A DNA stretch of 52,738 nucleotides from a virus (IMGVR_UViG_3300031772_000048:1-52738); one strand, 5' to 3'; shown: positions 1 through 10,225, counted from the first letter of the stretch. Translations and numbers: made by a program. Notes: generated by a model not told the origin, from the letters alone.

Positions 1-260
1 GGCCTAAAAGAAACGCATATAAACAAAAACTAATGAGAGAAGTTCAAGGAGAACTTCATGCTCATTGGGACGCGGTAACGGTAGTGTCTCATGCACTTTT
101 TCGTCATCGTCGACTTAGTTTTGAAGACTTGCGTGAATTGCTTACCAAACGTTCTGTGAATAAAAAGTTTTGGAAAGATCAATTCAAGAAGATTAGTTAT
201 TTTTACGATAATAACAAAAACCTTGACGAAAAAGATTTAAAATCTATATTGTCAAGATGA
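1..260 (+). CDS. 5'-truncated protein; C-terminus resembles small peptidase M41 (FtsH-like) proteins
   Basis: The frame is open from the window start (PKRNAYKQKLMREV...). HWDAVTVVSHALFRHRRLSFEDL resembles the W..V..LA.AL.....L C-terminal helix of M41-like proteins. No HExxH motif lies within the window. Confidence 0.4.
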   Translation, partial: PKRNAYKQKLMREVQGELHAHWDAVTVVSHALFRHRRLSFEDLRELLTKRSVNKKFWKDQFKKISYFYDNNKNLDEKDLKSILSR

Positions 261-405
261 CGTGTATTGGTAAACATAAATTACCGCCATTTATTTAACA
301 CCGTATTCCCTGGCATAGCACACGCAGCCTATCCTTAGACTGAGATACCTCCAATGTGAGGCGATGTGCATTTGTTACAATACACCACCATATTAGGAGG
401 TCTGT

Positions 406-3400
406 ATGACCGACTTCGTTTCATTGCACAATCAAACTCAATTTTCTATTCTTGATTCCATCATCTCGCCTAAGGGGCTTTTCAAAAGAGCTAAAGAATT
501 GGGCCAGTCAGCTGTTGCCCTTACTGACCATGGTACGTTAGCCGGAACATGGGATGCTTGGAAAGCATCTAAAGATACTGACGTCAAACTCATTATTGGA
601 TGCGAATGTTATTTTCAAGATGATGCGGCTAATGTTAATGAAAAATTTCGACATGTTATTTTGATAGCCAAAAATGCTACTGGCTATCGTAATTTACTTA
701 CACTCAATAAAAAGGGTTTTGATCAAAGTTCTTTTGTAGGTAAGCGCGTTTATTCAGTTTTGGATTGGAAATTATTGGCAGAATATTCAGAAGGATTAAT
801 TTGCTTAACCGCTTGTGGTAATGGCATCATTAACCAACTTCTTATGAAGGGGAGACTAGATGATGCAGAAAAAACTTTGCTGCGACTCAAAGATTTGTTT
901 GGTGATAATTTAGGACTCGAAGTCCAGCCCAACAATATGAAACGTGGTTCGAATATCTTTAATGATGAAATTGATCAGCAGTTCTTAAATAAGCAGCTTG
1001 TTAGTTTAGGCAAGAAGCACAATGTTAGAGTGGTGGCCGCCTGCAACGCTCACTATTTAACCAAAGAAGAATCGGGTATACATGACGCATTCTTGGCCAT
1101 CGGAGCGCATCAGCCTATTCATTCTAATTATCGTTTGCGATATCCAGAATCAGATTTTTATTTGAAATCTGGTGATGAGGTTAAGGCTTTCTTTTCCAGA
1201 AATTATGGAGAAGAAGTTGCGCAACAGTTGTGTGATAATAGTTTGTATTTTGCCAATCTGTGTGAAAAACCAGAGTGGATTGATCCAAAGTTTTCTAATC
1301 CAACTGGAAAAGAGCTTCCTGTTTTCCCGGTCAAAGACGAGCCAGATTATGCAGAATTTCGTAGCTGGGTTGAAACGCAGCCAGCAGATATCCAGAAACT
1401 TGAAGAGGATAAACTCTTTTTGCGCTATCTTTGTATTATACGTTTTGATTCTCGTGTTAAAAATCTAAGTGATACTCAAAGAGATCAATACAGCAAGCGC
1501 ATTGATGAAGAACTAGGCGTTCTAGAATTCCACGGCTTCTCTAGCTACATGCTCATCGTAGCAGATTTTATAGAATGGGCTAGAAGGCATGAAATTGCTG
1601 TAGGGGAGGGGCGAGGATCAGTCGGAGGCTCATTGATAGCTTATTTATTAGGTATTCACCAAGCAGATCCTATCAAATACAATTTGATTTTTGCCAGATT
1701 CCATAATATGGAAAAGTCTAGCTTCCCTGATATTGATACGGATTTTGCTCCGTCAGGACGTGAAAAAGTCCAAAACTATCTTCGAAAGAAATATGGCGAA
1801 GAACATGTCGCTCACGTAAGCAACGTCAATACTATTACGCCCAAAGTGTATGTTAAAGACATTGCACGTGTTTGTGAATTAGGTGGATCCAAAGAAAATG
1901 CAGTTAAGATCGGCAATGAAGTAGCTAACTGTATTCCGGCAGAAATTCATTCCATTGATGATGCGCTAATAAAGGTTCCTCTATTTGCGGAATACGCAAA
2001 GAAATATCCAGAGTTTGAAAAGTACAAAGATATCTGTGGAAAATATCGTGCTTGGTCTACTCATGCCGGCGGTATCATCATCTCTGCCCGCCCCCTTACT
2101 GGACTTGTGCCACTGAGAAAAGATAAAGATGGAGCGTTGGCAATTGAGTATGATAAAGACAAGGCCGAAGAAAATGGCTTAGTCAAGATGGATACTTTGG
2201 GGCTTTCGACTTTGGATATTATTGGCCAAACCATGCAGCTTATTAAAGCCTCTGGTAAAACATTGCCGACAGTTATTGATTACGATAATTATGATAAAGA
2301 GGCGTATGATACCATTTCTACTGGAGATACCTTCTGCGTATTTCAGCTAGGTACATCTGGCGGCACAATTGATTTGTGTCGTCGTATCAAACCACAATCC
2401 ATCAATGATATTAGTTACATCAACTCATTAGCCCGCCCCTCAGCCCGTGATATGCGCAATGACTTTATTTTAACTAAAGATGGTAAGAAGCCATTTGCTT
2501 TATTGCACCCAAATCTAGGAAGAGCGTTTAATAATACATTCGGGTTTGGTTTGTATGAAGAAAGTTTGATGTATTTGGCTCAAGACGTGGCTGGTTGGAG
2601 TTTACATTCGGCCGACCGTTTACGCAAACTTACCAAAGAAAAAGGTAAGAACCCAAAGAAGGCGCAAGAGTGGAGGGCGGAATTTATTAAAGATGCCGTC
2701 AAAAATGAAGTTAATGAAGCTATTGCTAAAAGAATCTGGGACGAAGTAGTAGATAAGTTCCAAGGTTACGGCTTCAATATGTCTCACTCTATTTTGTATT
2801 CTATGACTAGTTACAAGACTGCTTATCTCAAAGCTCATTATCCAATTGAGTTTTTGATGGCTAATTTAATGGCAGAAGTCAAATCCAATGCTCCCGATTC
2901 TAAAGCCAATATTGCTAAAATCAAAAAAGAAATACGTAAACGACGTGTGAAGATTGTGCCTCCTGACATTAACAAATCTCAATTAGTTTATACAATTGAA
3001 GATGGCAACCATTTAATTACTGGGTTAGATGCTATCAAATTTGTGGGAGAGGACGCCATTAAAGACATAATTGAAAAGAGACCATTCAGTGGCTTTTTTG
3101 ATTTTATGACGCGAATTAGCTCTAAAGCTGTGAGAGCTAATAGTATTCAAGCTTTGGCCGCATGTGGAGTTTTAGATTCTTTTGGGCACTCTCGTAAATC
3201 GATGTTTTTGTATTGTTCTGATTATCGCAAGAAGTTGCAAGTGTGGCTTAAAAAACATGATCCGACTCAAGAACAATTTGTATATCCATGGCCTGAAGAT
3301 CCGGAATGGTCTATGCCAGAATTGTATGCTTTGGAGCAATATTATTTAGGCGAATCATTTATTTGTACGCCAGCAATAGCTTATGGTCAGTTTTTTAAAG

Positions 3401-3921
3401 ATGAACATTTTATGGTACAACACATAAAGCGATCTAAAGATAAAACTACTTTAGGATCTATTAAGGGCGTGGTGCGAGATTTCTTCGAATTTCGAGTTAA
3501 GAAGGAAGGCAAGTATTATGGCCAACCAATGATTAAAGCAGTCATTGAGGATAAGATGGGCGACCAATGTACTTTAACAATTTTCCCGGATCGATGGAAG
3601 ACTATGCAAAGCAGAATTCAAGAAATTAATAAAAAAGCGGAGTTTGGTATAGGTATAGCTTTACACTTCTCTGGAAATACAAATAATTATGAAGATGATA
3701 TGGGGATCATATTAGATCAATTATACAATATTGCTTTGCCACCGGATTTACCATTAGACCTGAAAGCCAAGAAAATCAATCTTAAAGTAGCAAAAGCAAA
3801 GCTATTTGATAAGGAAGAGGTCGAAAAACCTAAGAATCCTCAGGAGATACTAGATCAAATCGAAGATACTTTGTATGATGAGGGCCTCATTGATTTGGAT
3901 GAAGAATCTGAAGATGATTGA
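406..3921 (+). CDS. dnaE: DNA polymerase III alpha subunit (family C)
   Basis: N-terminal PHP domain (SLHNQTQFS, TDHG), GRGSVGGSL, catalytic FPDIDTDF, THAGG, KMDTLGL, YGFNMSHS, and a C-terminal OB fold; SD AGGAGG upstream. Confidence 0.97.
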   Translation: MTDFVSLHNQTQFSILDSIISPKGLFKRAKELGQSAVALTDHGTLAGTWDAWKASKDTDVKLIIGCECYFQDDAANVNEKFRHVILIAKNATGYRNLLTLNKKGFDQSSFVGKRVYSVLDWKLLAEYSEGLICLTACGNGIINQLLMKGRLDDAEKTLLRLKDLFGDNLGLEVQPNNMKRGSNIFNDEIDQQFLNKQLVSLGKKHNVRVVAACNAHYLTKEESGIHDAFLAIGAHQPIHSNYRLRYPESDFYLKSGDEVKAFFSRNYGEEVAQQLCDNSLYFANLCEKPEWIDPKFSNPTGKELPVFPVKDEPDYAEFRSWVETQPADIQKLEEDKLFLRYLCIIRFDSRVKNLSDTQRDQYSKRIDEELGVLEFHGFSSYMLIVADFIEWARRHEIAVGEGRGSVGGSLIAYLLGIHQADPIKYNLIFARFHNMEKSSFPDIDTDFAPSGREKVQNYLRKKYGEEHVAHVSNVNTITPKVYVKDIARVCELGGSKENAVKIGNEVANCIPAEIHSIDDALIKVPLFAEYAKKYPEFEKYKDICGKYRAWSTHAGGIIISARPLTGLVPLRKDKDGALAIEYDKDKAEENGLVKMDTLGLSTLDIIGQTMQLIKASGKTLPTVIDYDNYDKEAYDTISTGDTFCVFQLGTSGGTIDLCRRIKPQSINDISYINSLARPSARDMRNDFILTKDGKKPFALLHPNLGRAFNNTFGFGLYEESLMYLAQDVAGWSLHSADRLRKLTKEKGKNPKKAQEWRAEFIKDAVKNEVNEAIAKRIWDEVVDKFQGYGFNMSHSILYSMTSYKTAYLKAHYPIEFLMANLMAEVKSNAPDSKANIAKIKKEIRKRRVKIVPPDINKSQLVYTIEDGNHLITGLDAIKFVGEDAIKDIIEKRPFSGFFDFMTRISSKAVRANSIQALAACGVLDSFGHSRKSMFLYCSDYRKKLQVWLKKHDPTQEQFVYPWPEDPEWSMPELYALEQYYLGESFICTPAIAYGQFFKDEHFMVQHIKRSKDKTTLGSIKGVVRDFFEFRVKKEGKYYGQPMIKAVIEDKMGDQCTLTIFPDRWKTMQSRIQEINKKAEFGIGIALHFSGNTNNYEDDMGIILDQLYNIALPPDLPLDLKAKKINLKVAKAKLFDKEEVEKPKNPQEILDQIEDTLYDEGLIDLDEESEDD

Positions 3922-4023
3922 TATATACGATACGAACGATATTGAATAATAACAAAATCGACGTCTAAATCGAAAAATGATACAAAAGATATCGCTTGTA
4001 TACTAATAATAAGGAAAGTAGTC

Positions 4024-4944
4024 ATGACTAAAATAAAACTCAAGGAATGGGCCGACCGTCATAACCTGTCATATCTAACTGCAAACAGACATTTTCATGC
4101 AGGTATGATTCCAGGTGCCAGTCAGCTTGATTCGGGCACAATCCTTGTAGAAGATGATTCCTTGGAGCAAAACATGGCTACTACCGGCACTAATGATGCA
4201 ATGTCCCTCTTCTTAAAGAAGACGGTCGAGTTTAGTAAAAATAATTCAACTGTAGAAGATTTTGCAGCTTATGTAATCTCTAATTTTCAACTAAAATTAA
4301 ATGGCGTAATAGAATCTCCTAGATATTCTAAACATAGGCCAAAATCAGAAGAAGTTCAAAAACATTTCCAACAATTTTTACCGGATAAAGAAAAGACAGA
4401 ACAGCTTAAAGCTATCTCAAACCTTATTAAACAACAAGGTCACAATGGAGAAAGAGCATTTTCTGCTGAAACTATAAGTGAAACATTTACAGAGGAATCC
4501 GAGCCATTTAACCGCGTAGTCGATACGGTAACAAATGGAATGGACGCAGAGTGGGATAGCATTGGTGCCATCCTATCTTCTACGGGTCCTCAAACTTCGG
4601 ACGTGCGAAAGTATGGTCCGGAGATTGCTGCTGAAGGTCTGGTTACACGAAGTGTTGATTTTAACACAACTCCACAACAGATCAACTATACCGGCTCTAC
4701 AAGCCAGACCTTCAGTAGCCCTCTTTCTGCTAGCAGCTCATTATATGCTTGCGCAGCTGCAGCATCTCCTGCAGCCCTTAATTTTTCTGATTCTCATGTT
4801 TCGGGGGCCTACTACAACTCTGTGTCTTCGGGTCCATTCCAACCAACTCAAAAAGAATTATTATCAGCTACTGAAGTTATAGAAATAGCTGAGACTGAAG
4901 ACATGCCACGTAAACGTGGCAGAAAACCATCTAAGAAGAGATAA
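4024..4944 (+). CDS. Putative DNA-binding protein: IS607/MerR-like N-terminal HTH plus C-terminal AT-hook-like motif
   Basis: KLKEWADRHNLSYLTANRHFHAGMIPGASQLDSGTILVE resembles IS607 resolvase HTHs; the protein ends PRKRGRKPSKKR. Confidence 0.6.
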   Translation: MTKIKLKEWADRHNLSYLTANRHFHAGMIPGASQLDSGTILVEDDSLEQNMATTGTNDAMSLFLKKTVEFSKNNSTVEDFAAYVISNFQLKLNGVIESPRYSKHRPKSEEVQKHFQQFLPDKEKTEQLKAISNLIKQQGHNGERAFSAETISETFTEESEPFNRVVDTVTNGMDAEWDSIGAILSSTGPQTSDVRKYGPEIAAEGLVTRSVDFNTTPQQINYTGSTSQTFSSPLSASSSLYACAAAASPAALNFSDSHVSGAYYNSVSSGPFQPTQKELLSATEVIEIAETEDMPRKRGRKPSKKR

Positions 4945-4946
4945 TC

Positions 4947-6062
4947 ATGCAATTACATAATTTATTACGTCCACTTCAAAAAGAAGCCAATAGACTCGTG
5001 AAATCTTTTCTGGATGAAAACCCAGAACTTATGAAGAAATATGTTGGTAGTGGAGTTACTGCTATTAGTTTGGCACTAGCACCACTCAATGTATTTATGA
5101 GACACCTCGTAGTTGTTCAAGGATTAGATCCAGATACGTTACCTGGCGAAAAAGAAAGGTCTGCCTTATTAGAGGCCTTAGAAAATTTCTTCGAAAAAAG
5201 ACATGAAAAGTCTTTTGATGCCGATTATGATTTCTCGTGGATCGAGAAAAGATTCGAAGAAACTAGAAAAACTCTAAATAGACTAGAAATGACTAAAGAA
5301 GAGTTTATGAAATTAACTGATCTTGCTAAAATGCCAAGTATTGGAGACAAATATACTGTTAATGGTGATGAGGCAGTAATGAATGACCTGCCCGCCGAAA
5401 CACTTAAAAAAGAAATGAGTTTAACTCCACTAGAAGATAAAATAGAAGTTGGTGCAGACGCCATTGAGGCCCTAAGGAAAGCCGTTCAAAATATTGAAGA
5501 TTTGAGTGAAGATTCAAGAAGGGCTGTCAAAATTGAAAAGCTAAAGAAAATTTCTAAGAAGTTAAAAGAAGATTTTCACGCAAGCACAAAACAAGGAATC
5601 AAAACCCATAAAAAAAAGTTGAATAAGGGCGACAAAAGTGGCTCTGGACCAAAAGTAAATAGAATAATTAGCGCGGAACCAATAAAAGAAGGTCTAACTA
5701 CTTTAAGAGTTGAATCTGATCGTAAGGTCCGCCCTCCTGCAAGGCGTGCTTCCGGTCGTGATTTAGCCGCATTAGTTCAAGATAAAAAAGCTCAAAACAA
5801 AGCAATACTAGAATCTACTCCTGAATTCAAAGCGCAACTAAAAGCTAAATTAGAGAAAGCAACAAAATTGACTCAATTGATGGTAGAAAAAGGTCTTTGC
5901 GAAGTAAGTGACCAGGCCCGTCAAGATCAAATCAATTCTATGTTATCTTGGGGTGACAATAATTTTGAGGCTCTAGAAAGAGTAATCAATAAGTATGGTC
6001 CAACTAAAGATGCTATCGCGGAAAACAAATTCAAAGGCTCTTTTAGAAGAGTCATTAAATAA
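4947..6062 (+). CDS. Hypothetical protein whose C-terminal domain is paralogous to the scaffold C-terminus
   Basis: 371-aa ORF; residues encoded at 5847-5996 align without gaps to 37925-38074. Confidence 0.75.
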   Translation: MQLHNLLRPLQKEANRLVKSFLDENPELMKKYVGSGVTAISLALAPLNVFMRHLVVVQGLDPDTLPGEKERSALLEALENFFEKRHEKSFDADYDFSWIEKRFEETRKTLNRLEMTKEEFMKLTDLAKMPSIGDKYTVNGDEAVMNDLPAETLKKEMSLTPLEDKIEVGADAIEALRKAVQNIEDLSEDSRRAVKIEKLKKISKKLKEDFHASTKQGIKTHKKKLNKGDKSGSGPKVNRIISAEPIKEGLTTLRVESDRKVRPPARRASGRDLAALVQDKKAQNKAILESTPEFKAQLKAKLEKATKLTQLMVEKGLCEVSDQARQDQINSMLSWGDNNFEALERVINKYGPTKDAIAENKFKGSFRRVIK

Positions 6063-6070
6063 GGTTCTAG

Positions 6071-6526
6071 ATGCCAATTAGACAAGTGAGACAACAATCA
6101 GATCGAGGAAGCATTAAAGACATTCAAAATGGCGATGATGAAAAATGTCCTCCGACCCCTTATGAATTAAGGATGAAGGGCTTGTATGAGCATGCCCTAA
6201 TGACTAGAGATCAAGTGTTGCTTGATTCACTTGGTTTAGTTGCTATAAATGGGACTCCTAAAGATCCAATTTCTATTTTTAGACATCGAGAATATGTTAC
6301 TTTTTTGAGTAACAAATTGGCAGACAAAATTAAAAAAACTACAGAAGAATTGGCCGGTTGTTTTTCCAGTGACTACTCGAACGCGCCACAAGAAATGAAA
6401 TGGTCTAGGTATAAACAACAAAGAGCTACCGAGATAATCTTAGCCGATCAAGATATGATGAAGGTTGCAGATGCTGATGGTAACTCGTATGCCAGAGTTC
6501 TTAGAAGTTTTAGAAGGGTAAGCTAA
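6071..6526 (+). CDS. Hypothetical protein
   Basis: 151-aa ORF, tightly packed in the operon, SD AAGG. Confidence 0.7.
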   Translation: MPIRQVRQQSDRGSIKDIQNGDDEKCPPTPYELRMKGLYEHALMTRDQVLLDSLGLVAINGTPKDPISIFRHREYVTFLSNKLADKIKKTTEELAGCFSSDYSNAPQEMKWSRYKQQRATEIILADQDMMKVADADGNSYARVLRSFRRVS

Positions 6527-7365
6527 TGAAGTGTATATCTTGCGAAACAGAAATCAATCCAAAATGGGCTCACGCCATAGACATTAATGTCTGTCCATTT
6601 TGCGGCAAACATATTATGGAAGAACACCTCAAAAATTGCATTGTGGGTTTAGCTGCCGCCATGGAAGATATGCAGAAATACCCGGATCAACTTGATGACT
6701 GGTTACTTTCAAATCATAATTATATAAAAACTAATTCTCCTAATCTCAAAAACTTTTTACCCAAAGATGTTATCAAAGAAATGCGTAAAGAAATTGATGA
6801 TGAAGAATTCCAAGAGAAAAAGAAAACCATTGAGAAAATCAAAGTGTCTGATGGCATGGGTGGTTTCACAGAAGAAGAAGTAATAGTAGAGAAAGTCCAA
6901 TCCGATAACAAGACTAAATCTTTCCATGACCGTGCCAATAATATGCTAAAGCAAGAGAAAGCCGTGGAAGGAGAGCCCAAAAGTGTCACCGAAAAAACTA
7001 GACATTATAAAGCAATGGCAGACAAAATTAAACAAGAAGCCGCCATCAACGCGAAAGAAGGTGGTATGGCATCTATGACTAGTCCCGAAATGATGAGTCA
7101 GGCCGACCCTGAGGCGGTAGCCGATTTTCGTTCCATGATTAGCACAGGCGATATAGTCTCTTCGGGTTTACCAGAAACGTCCACGGGCGATGACGATGAA
7201 ATTCCATCTGTTGTATTGGCAATGGCTTCTATGAAAAAGAATGGTGGCGGGGGTGGCGATGGTGCTAATGAAAAAGATTTGGCAGCCCTTCGTAACATGC
7301 AAGCTAAAGTACAAGGCGGGGCCAAACGACTGAATTCTGGTAAAGGTAGTTTCTCTAGAGGGTAA
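6526..7365 (+). CDS. Zinc-ribbon protein
   Basis: N-terminal CISC...CPFCG; overlapping TAATG stop/start. Confidence 0.7.
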   Translation: MKCISCETEINPKWAHAIDINVCPFCGKHIMEEHLKNCIVGLAAAMEDMQKYPDQLDDWLLSNHNYIKTNSPNLKNFLPKDVIKEMRKEIDDEEFQEKKKTIEKIKVSDGMGGFTEEEVIVEKVQSDNKTKSFHDRANNMLKQEKAVEGEPKSVTEKTRHYKAMADKIKQEAAINAKEGGMASMTSPEMMSQADPEAVADFRSMISTGDIVSSGLPETSTGDDDEIPSVVLAMASMKKNGGGGGDGANEKDLAALRNMQAKVQGGAKRLNSGKGSFSRG

Positions 7366-7368
7366 GTT

Positions 7369-7674
7369 ATGACAATCAGAATCGTTGACAATAAAAGAGT
7401 GGAAATGACAGACGATGAATGGGGAATGTATAACCAAATTGTCAAATCATATACTGATATTACCGGCAAAGGTGAGGACCTTTTCATTGATCTTTTTGAA
7501 GCTAATGATGAGGGAATTCTTGTTTTCCTCAAACCTCCTACCAAAAGACGTACTAGTTTAGAAGTATTTTTATTTTTAATGGCTCTTATGCAACATCAAC
7601 ATTTGCGCCTAATGCATCAGCAAATAGACCAAATTGTGGCCGAGTTAAAAAATAAAAATAAAGAAGACAAATAA
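7369..7674 (+). CDS. Hypothetical protein
   Basis: 101-aa ORF in the operon. Confidence 0.7.
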   Translation: MTIRIVDNKRVEMTDDEWGMYNQIVKSYTDITGKGEDLFIDLFEANDEGILVFLKPPTKRRTSLEVFLFLMALMQHQHLRLMHQQIDQIVAELKNKNKEDK

Positions 7675-7727
7675 TCATTTGTCGAGAAAAAGTTCATTTA
7701 ATTCAATATTACAGAAGGAAGACAGAC

Positions 7728-8237
7728 ATGAGCCAACAGGTAAGACTCGGCGATTTATTAGGTTCTAACCCTGAGGAAGATTTCAGGAATTTTGATCTAA
7801 CCGAGGTGCAGCAAGTGTTAGAGCATCTTCGAGAAACGGATGCAATAGATTTGGCTCATGCCGAATTTTTACAACAACAATCATTAAGAGGAGCAGATAT
7901 CTTGGTTGAATATATGGCCAAGATGGTAAAGACAATAGGTTATCTAGAGAGTAAATTAAACAGCACAAAAAATAAAGTGTCTTTAGAATATGCAGCGCCT
8001 GATGGCGTGCGAACGACAGTAGACATGAAAAAATGGGCAGCCGAGTGTTCGCCCGAAGTAAGTGCAGCCGCCGAAAAATTAGCAGATGCCAAAGGGGGCA
8101 AGATGGCCCTTGAGCGAAAGTTCGATATTATCGTCAAAGCCCACCATCATTATAAAGATATTGCGACGGGCTTACGTAAGACGATCCTCGGATATAGTTC
8201 AGGGACCAACAACGCGCCCGCTGAAGGCTACGAATGA
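7728..8237 (+). CDS. Helical protein, possible UvsY-like recombination mediator
   Basis: Coiled-coil-like 169-aa ORF directly upstream of recA; the function is inferred from size and context. Confidence 0.4.
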   Translation: MSQQVRLGDLLGSNPEEDFRNFDLTEVQQVLEHLRETDAIDLAHAEFLQQQSLRGADILVEYMAKMVKTIGYLESKLNSTKNKVSLEYAAPDGVRTTVDMKKWAAECSPEVSAAAEKLADAKGGKMALERKFDIIVKAHHHYKDIATGLRKTILGYSSGTNNAPAEGYE

Positions 8238-8248
8238 TGGGAGATAAA

Positions 8249-9445
8249 ATGTCAGATGATAAAAAGAAGTCAGATAAATTAAACGCGTTTTTTAGAAGTT
8301 TTGCCGATGCCGACGCTCAATTAGACGTTAGACTTGCACACGAAACTATTGGAGAAAAGCTACCAGTTATTTCATCTGGTTCGTTACGCCTTGATGATGC
8401 ATTATCATCCGGCGGATTACCCAAAGGTAGATTGATTCAGTTTTATGGTGCTCCTGGTAGTGGTAAGACCTTAATGGCTATGTTAGCTATCAAAGAGGCG
8501 CAGATACAAGACCCAACTTCTCAGCAAATGTTTATTGACGCTGAAGGTACTTTCGATGCCAAATGGGCAGAGATCCTGGGCTTAGATGTTACCCGAATCA
8601 TTGTTGTAGATGGCGAAACGGCAGTTATTGGCCGCAGCTGTTTTGAAATGATTTTAGGCGTTCCTAAAGAAGATAAAAGAACACATGAATTGATTGGTAA
8701 ATCTAAAAATGGTTTACTTGATATGATTATGGCGGGAGAGTTTAATATCAATATGATTGTATTGGATTCCCTCGGCGCACTTATTCCTCCAGGCGAAGAT
8801 ATTTCGGTTGTAGGAAAGATGAATATGGCCTTATTAGCAAGGTTCTTAACTACTACTTTCCGTAAGCTTTCTCTTGATGCGAATAAATCTCAAGTACCAT
8901 TTATTTTCATCAATCATAAGAAGGCTAATATGGATCCTTATGGAGTAGATCACTCGTTTTCCGGTGGAAATTCTTACGCTCACTTCTTGAGTGCCAACGT
9001 TTATTTTGAAGCGGTGGCTCGTGCAGATGCACAAATCTTGGATGAAAAAGAGCAAAAGATCGGACATACGATGCGAGCTACGATTGAAAAATCAAAGTTT
9101 GGCCCTTACCCTCGTAAGTGCGAATTCAAAGTAAACTTTGGTATCGGTATTGTGGACAAGCACGAGGAAGTTGCACAGCTTTCTGTAGATTACAACGTGG
9201 TTGTCAAAACTTCTAGCGTATCACATGAATATGGTGATAAAAAGTGGGTTGGTTTTCCAAAGTTCTGTGAAGCCATTAAAGATGATCCTGCTTTGCAGGC
9301 CGAACTAACTCAAAAGATTGGTGAAGCTCGTGACGCTAAATGGGAAAATGCTCGTAAAGAACAAGAAGCCAAAAGAGCCGGACTTACCGCCTCTGATGAT
9401 CTTGGTCTTGAAGCAGACGTTAAAAAAAGTAAGAAAGGTAAGTGA
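8249..9445 (+). CDS. recA: RecA recombinase
   Basis: SSGSLRLDDAL, Walker A GAPGSGKT, FIDAEG, IVLDSLGAL, FIFINH, SGGN, KSKFGPY. Start placed at 8249 after SD GGGAG (the ORF track begins at 8234). Confidence 0.95.
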   Translation: MSDDKKKSDKLNAFFRSFADADAQLDVRLAHETIGEKLPVISSGSLRLDDALSSGGLPKGRLIQFYGAPGSGKTLMAMLAIKEAQIQDPTSQQMFIDAEGTFDAKWAEILGLDVTRIIVVDGETAVIGRSCFEMILGVPKEDKRTHELIGKSKNGLLDMIMAGEFNINMIVLDSLGALIPPGEDISVVGKMNMALLARFLTTTFRKLSLDANKSQVPFIFINHKKANMDPYGVDHSFSGGNSYAHFLSANVYFEAVARADAQILDEKEQKIGHTMRATIEKSKFGPYPRKCEFKVNFGIGIVDKHEEVAQLSVDYNVVVKTSSVSHEYGDKKWVGFPKFCEAIKDDPALQAELTQKIGEARDAKWENARKEQEAKRAGLTASDDLGLEADVKKSKKGK

Positions 9446-9448
9446 TTC

Positions 9449-9799
9449 ATGCCAATTGATTTAGGACCAAATAGTCTTACCGGATCTACGGCTCCCACTC
9501 TAAAGAAGCCGCCATATCTAATTACATTAGATAATGGAGTATCTGGTAAGACACATCTTTTTCAAAGATTTATTTCTTTAGATAAGCCCGAATCAATTAA
9601 TGGGTTTATTCAAGTCAAGGGAATTTTCTGTGATAAAGAAGAAGACGAAATAATCAAAACTTTTAGCGACATCTTGACTTCTTCTCCCAAAGAGTTAACT
9701 TTAGAGATGATGTTTCCGCTCCACAGAATTCATAGCATTAGAAGTTTAGTATTTAATGCTGTTAAAAGTGTAACTAATGTTACCGCAGGTAAAGCATAA
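9449..9799 (+). CDS. Hypothetical protein
   Basis: 116-aa ORF in the operon. Confidence 0.65.
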   Translation: MPIDLGPNSLTGSTAPTLKKPPYLITLDNGVSGKTHLFQRFISLDKPESINGFIQVKGIFCDKEEDEIIKTFSDILTSSPKELTLEMMFPLHRIHSIRSLVFNAVKSVTNVTAGKA

Positions 9800-9816
9800 A
9801 CAAGAAAGAAAATAAT

Positions 9817-10146
9817 ATGAGTAAGAGAAATTCAAGACCAAGAAAGGTATATCTTGGCACAATATGGCCAGAATCAACAAATGTAAATGAAATAGTTTTT
9901 GATAAAATTATTACAGTTTTAGATAGCCAATCTGGTAGCAACTGGACTGGAACGATGACAAATTTGAAGACTGCTCTTAACAGAGTTTCGAGCAAGAATC
10001 AAAGGACTCTTCTACCCGGCTCCCCAGGTGCTCTCAGAGTGGTAATAAATAGGGTAGCTAACAGGCTACGCAACAGGGGCATCGGAGTAAGATTTGGCCG
10101 TACCACTGACCACGCACGTACTCGTTTTGTAAAGTTCATACACTAA
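9817..10146 (+). CDS. Small basic winged-helix-like DNA-binding protein
   Basis: WTGTMTNL...LPGSPGALRVVINRVANRLRNRGIGVRF resembles C-terminal wHTH domains of phage/plasmid primase-helicases. Confidence 0.5.
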   Translation: MSKRNSRPRKVYLGTIWPESTNVNEIVFDKIITVLDSQSGSNWTGTMTNLKTALNRVSSKNQRTLLPGSPGALRVVINRVANRLRNRGIGVRFGRTTDHARTRFVKFIH

Positions 10147-10225
10147 TGTGTGAATTACGATCGATGTTTTGTTAAATAGAAATGTACCTGAAGGGTACGA
10201 TAGAGAATAACAGTAGGAGATCAAT

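Noticed and set aside
4024-4150. IS607 transposon
   Set aside because: Only the HTH is present; there is no serine-recombinase catalytic domain or tnpB.
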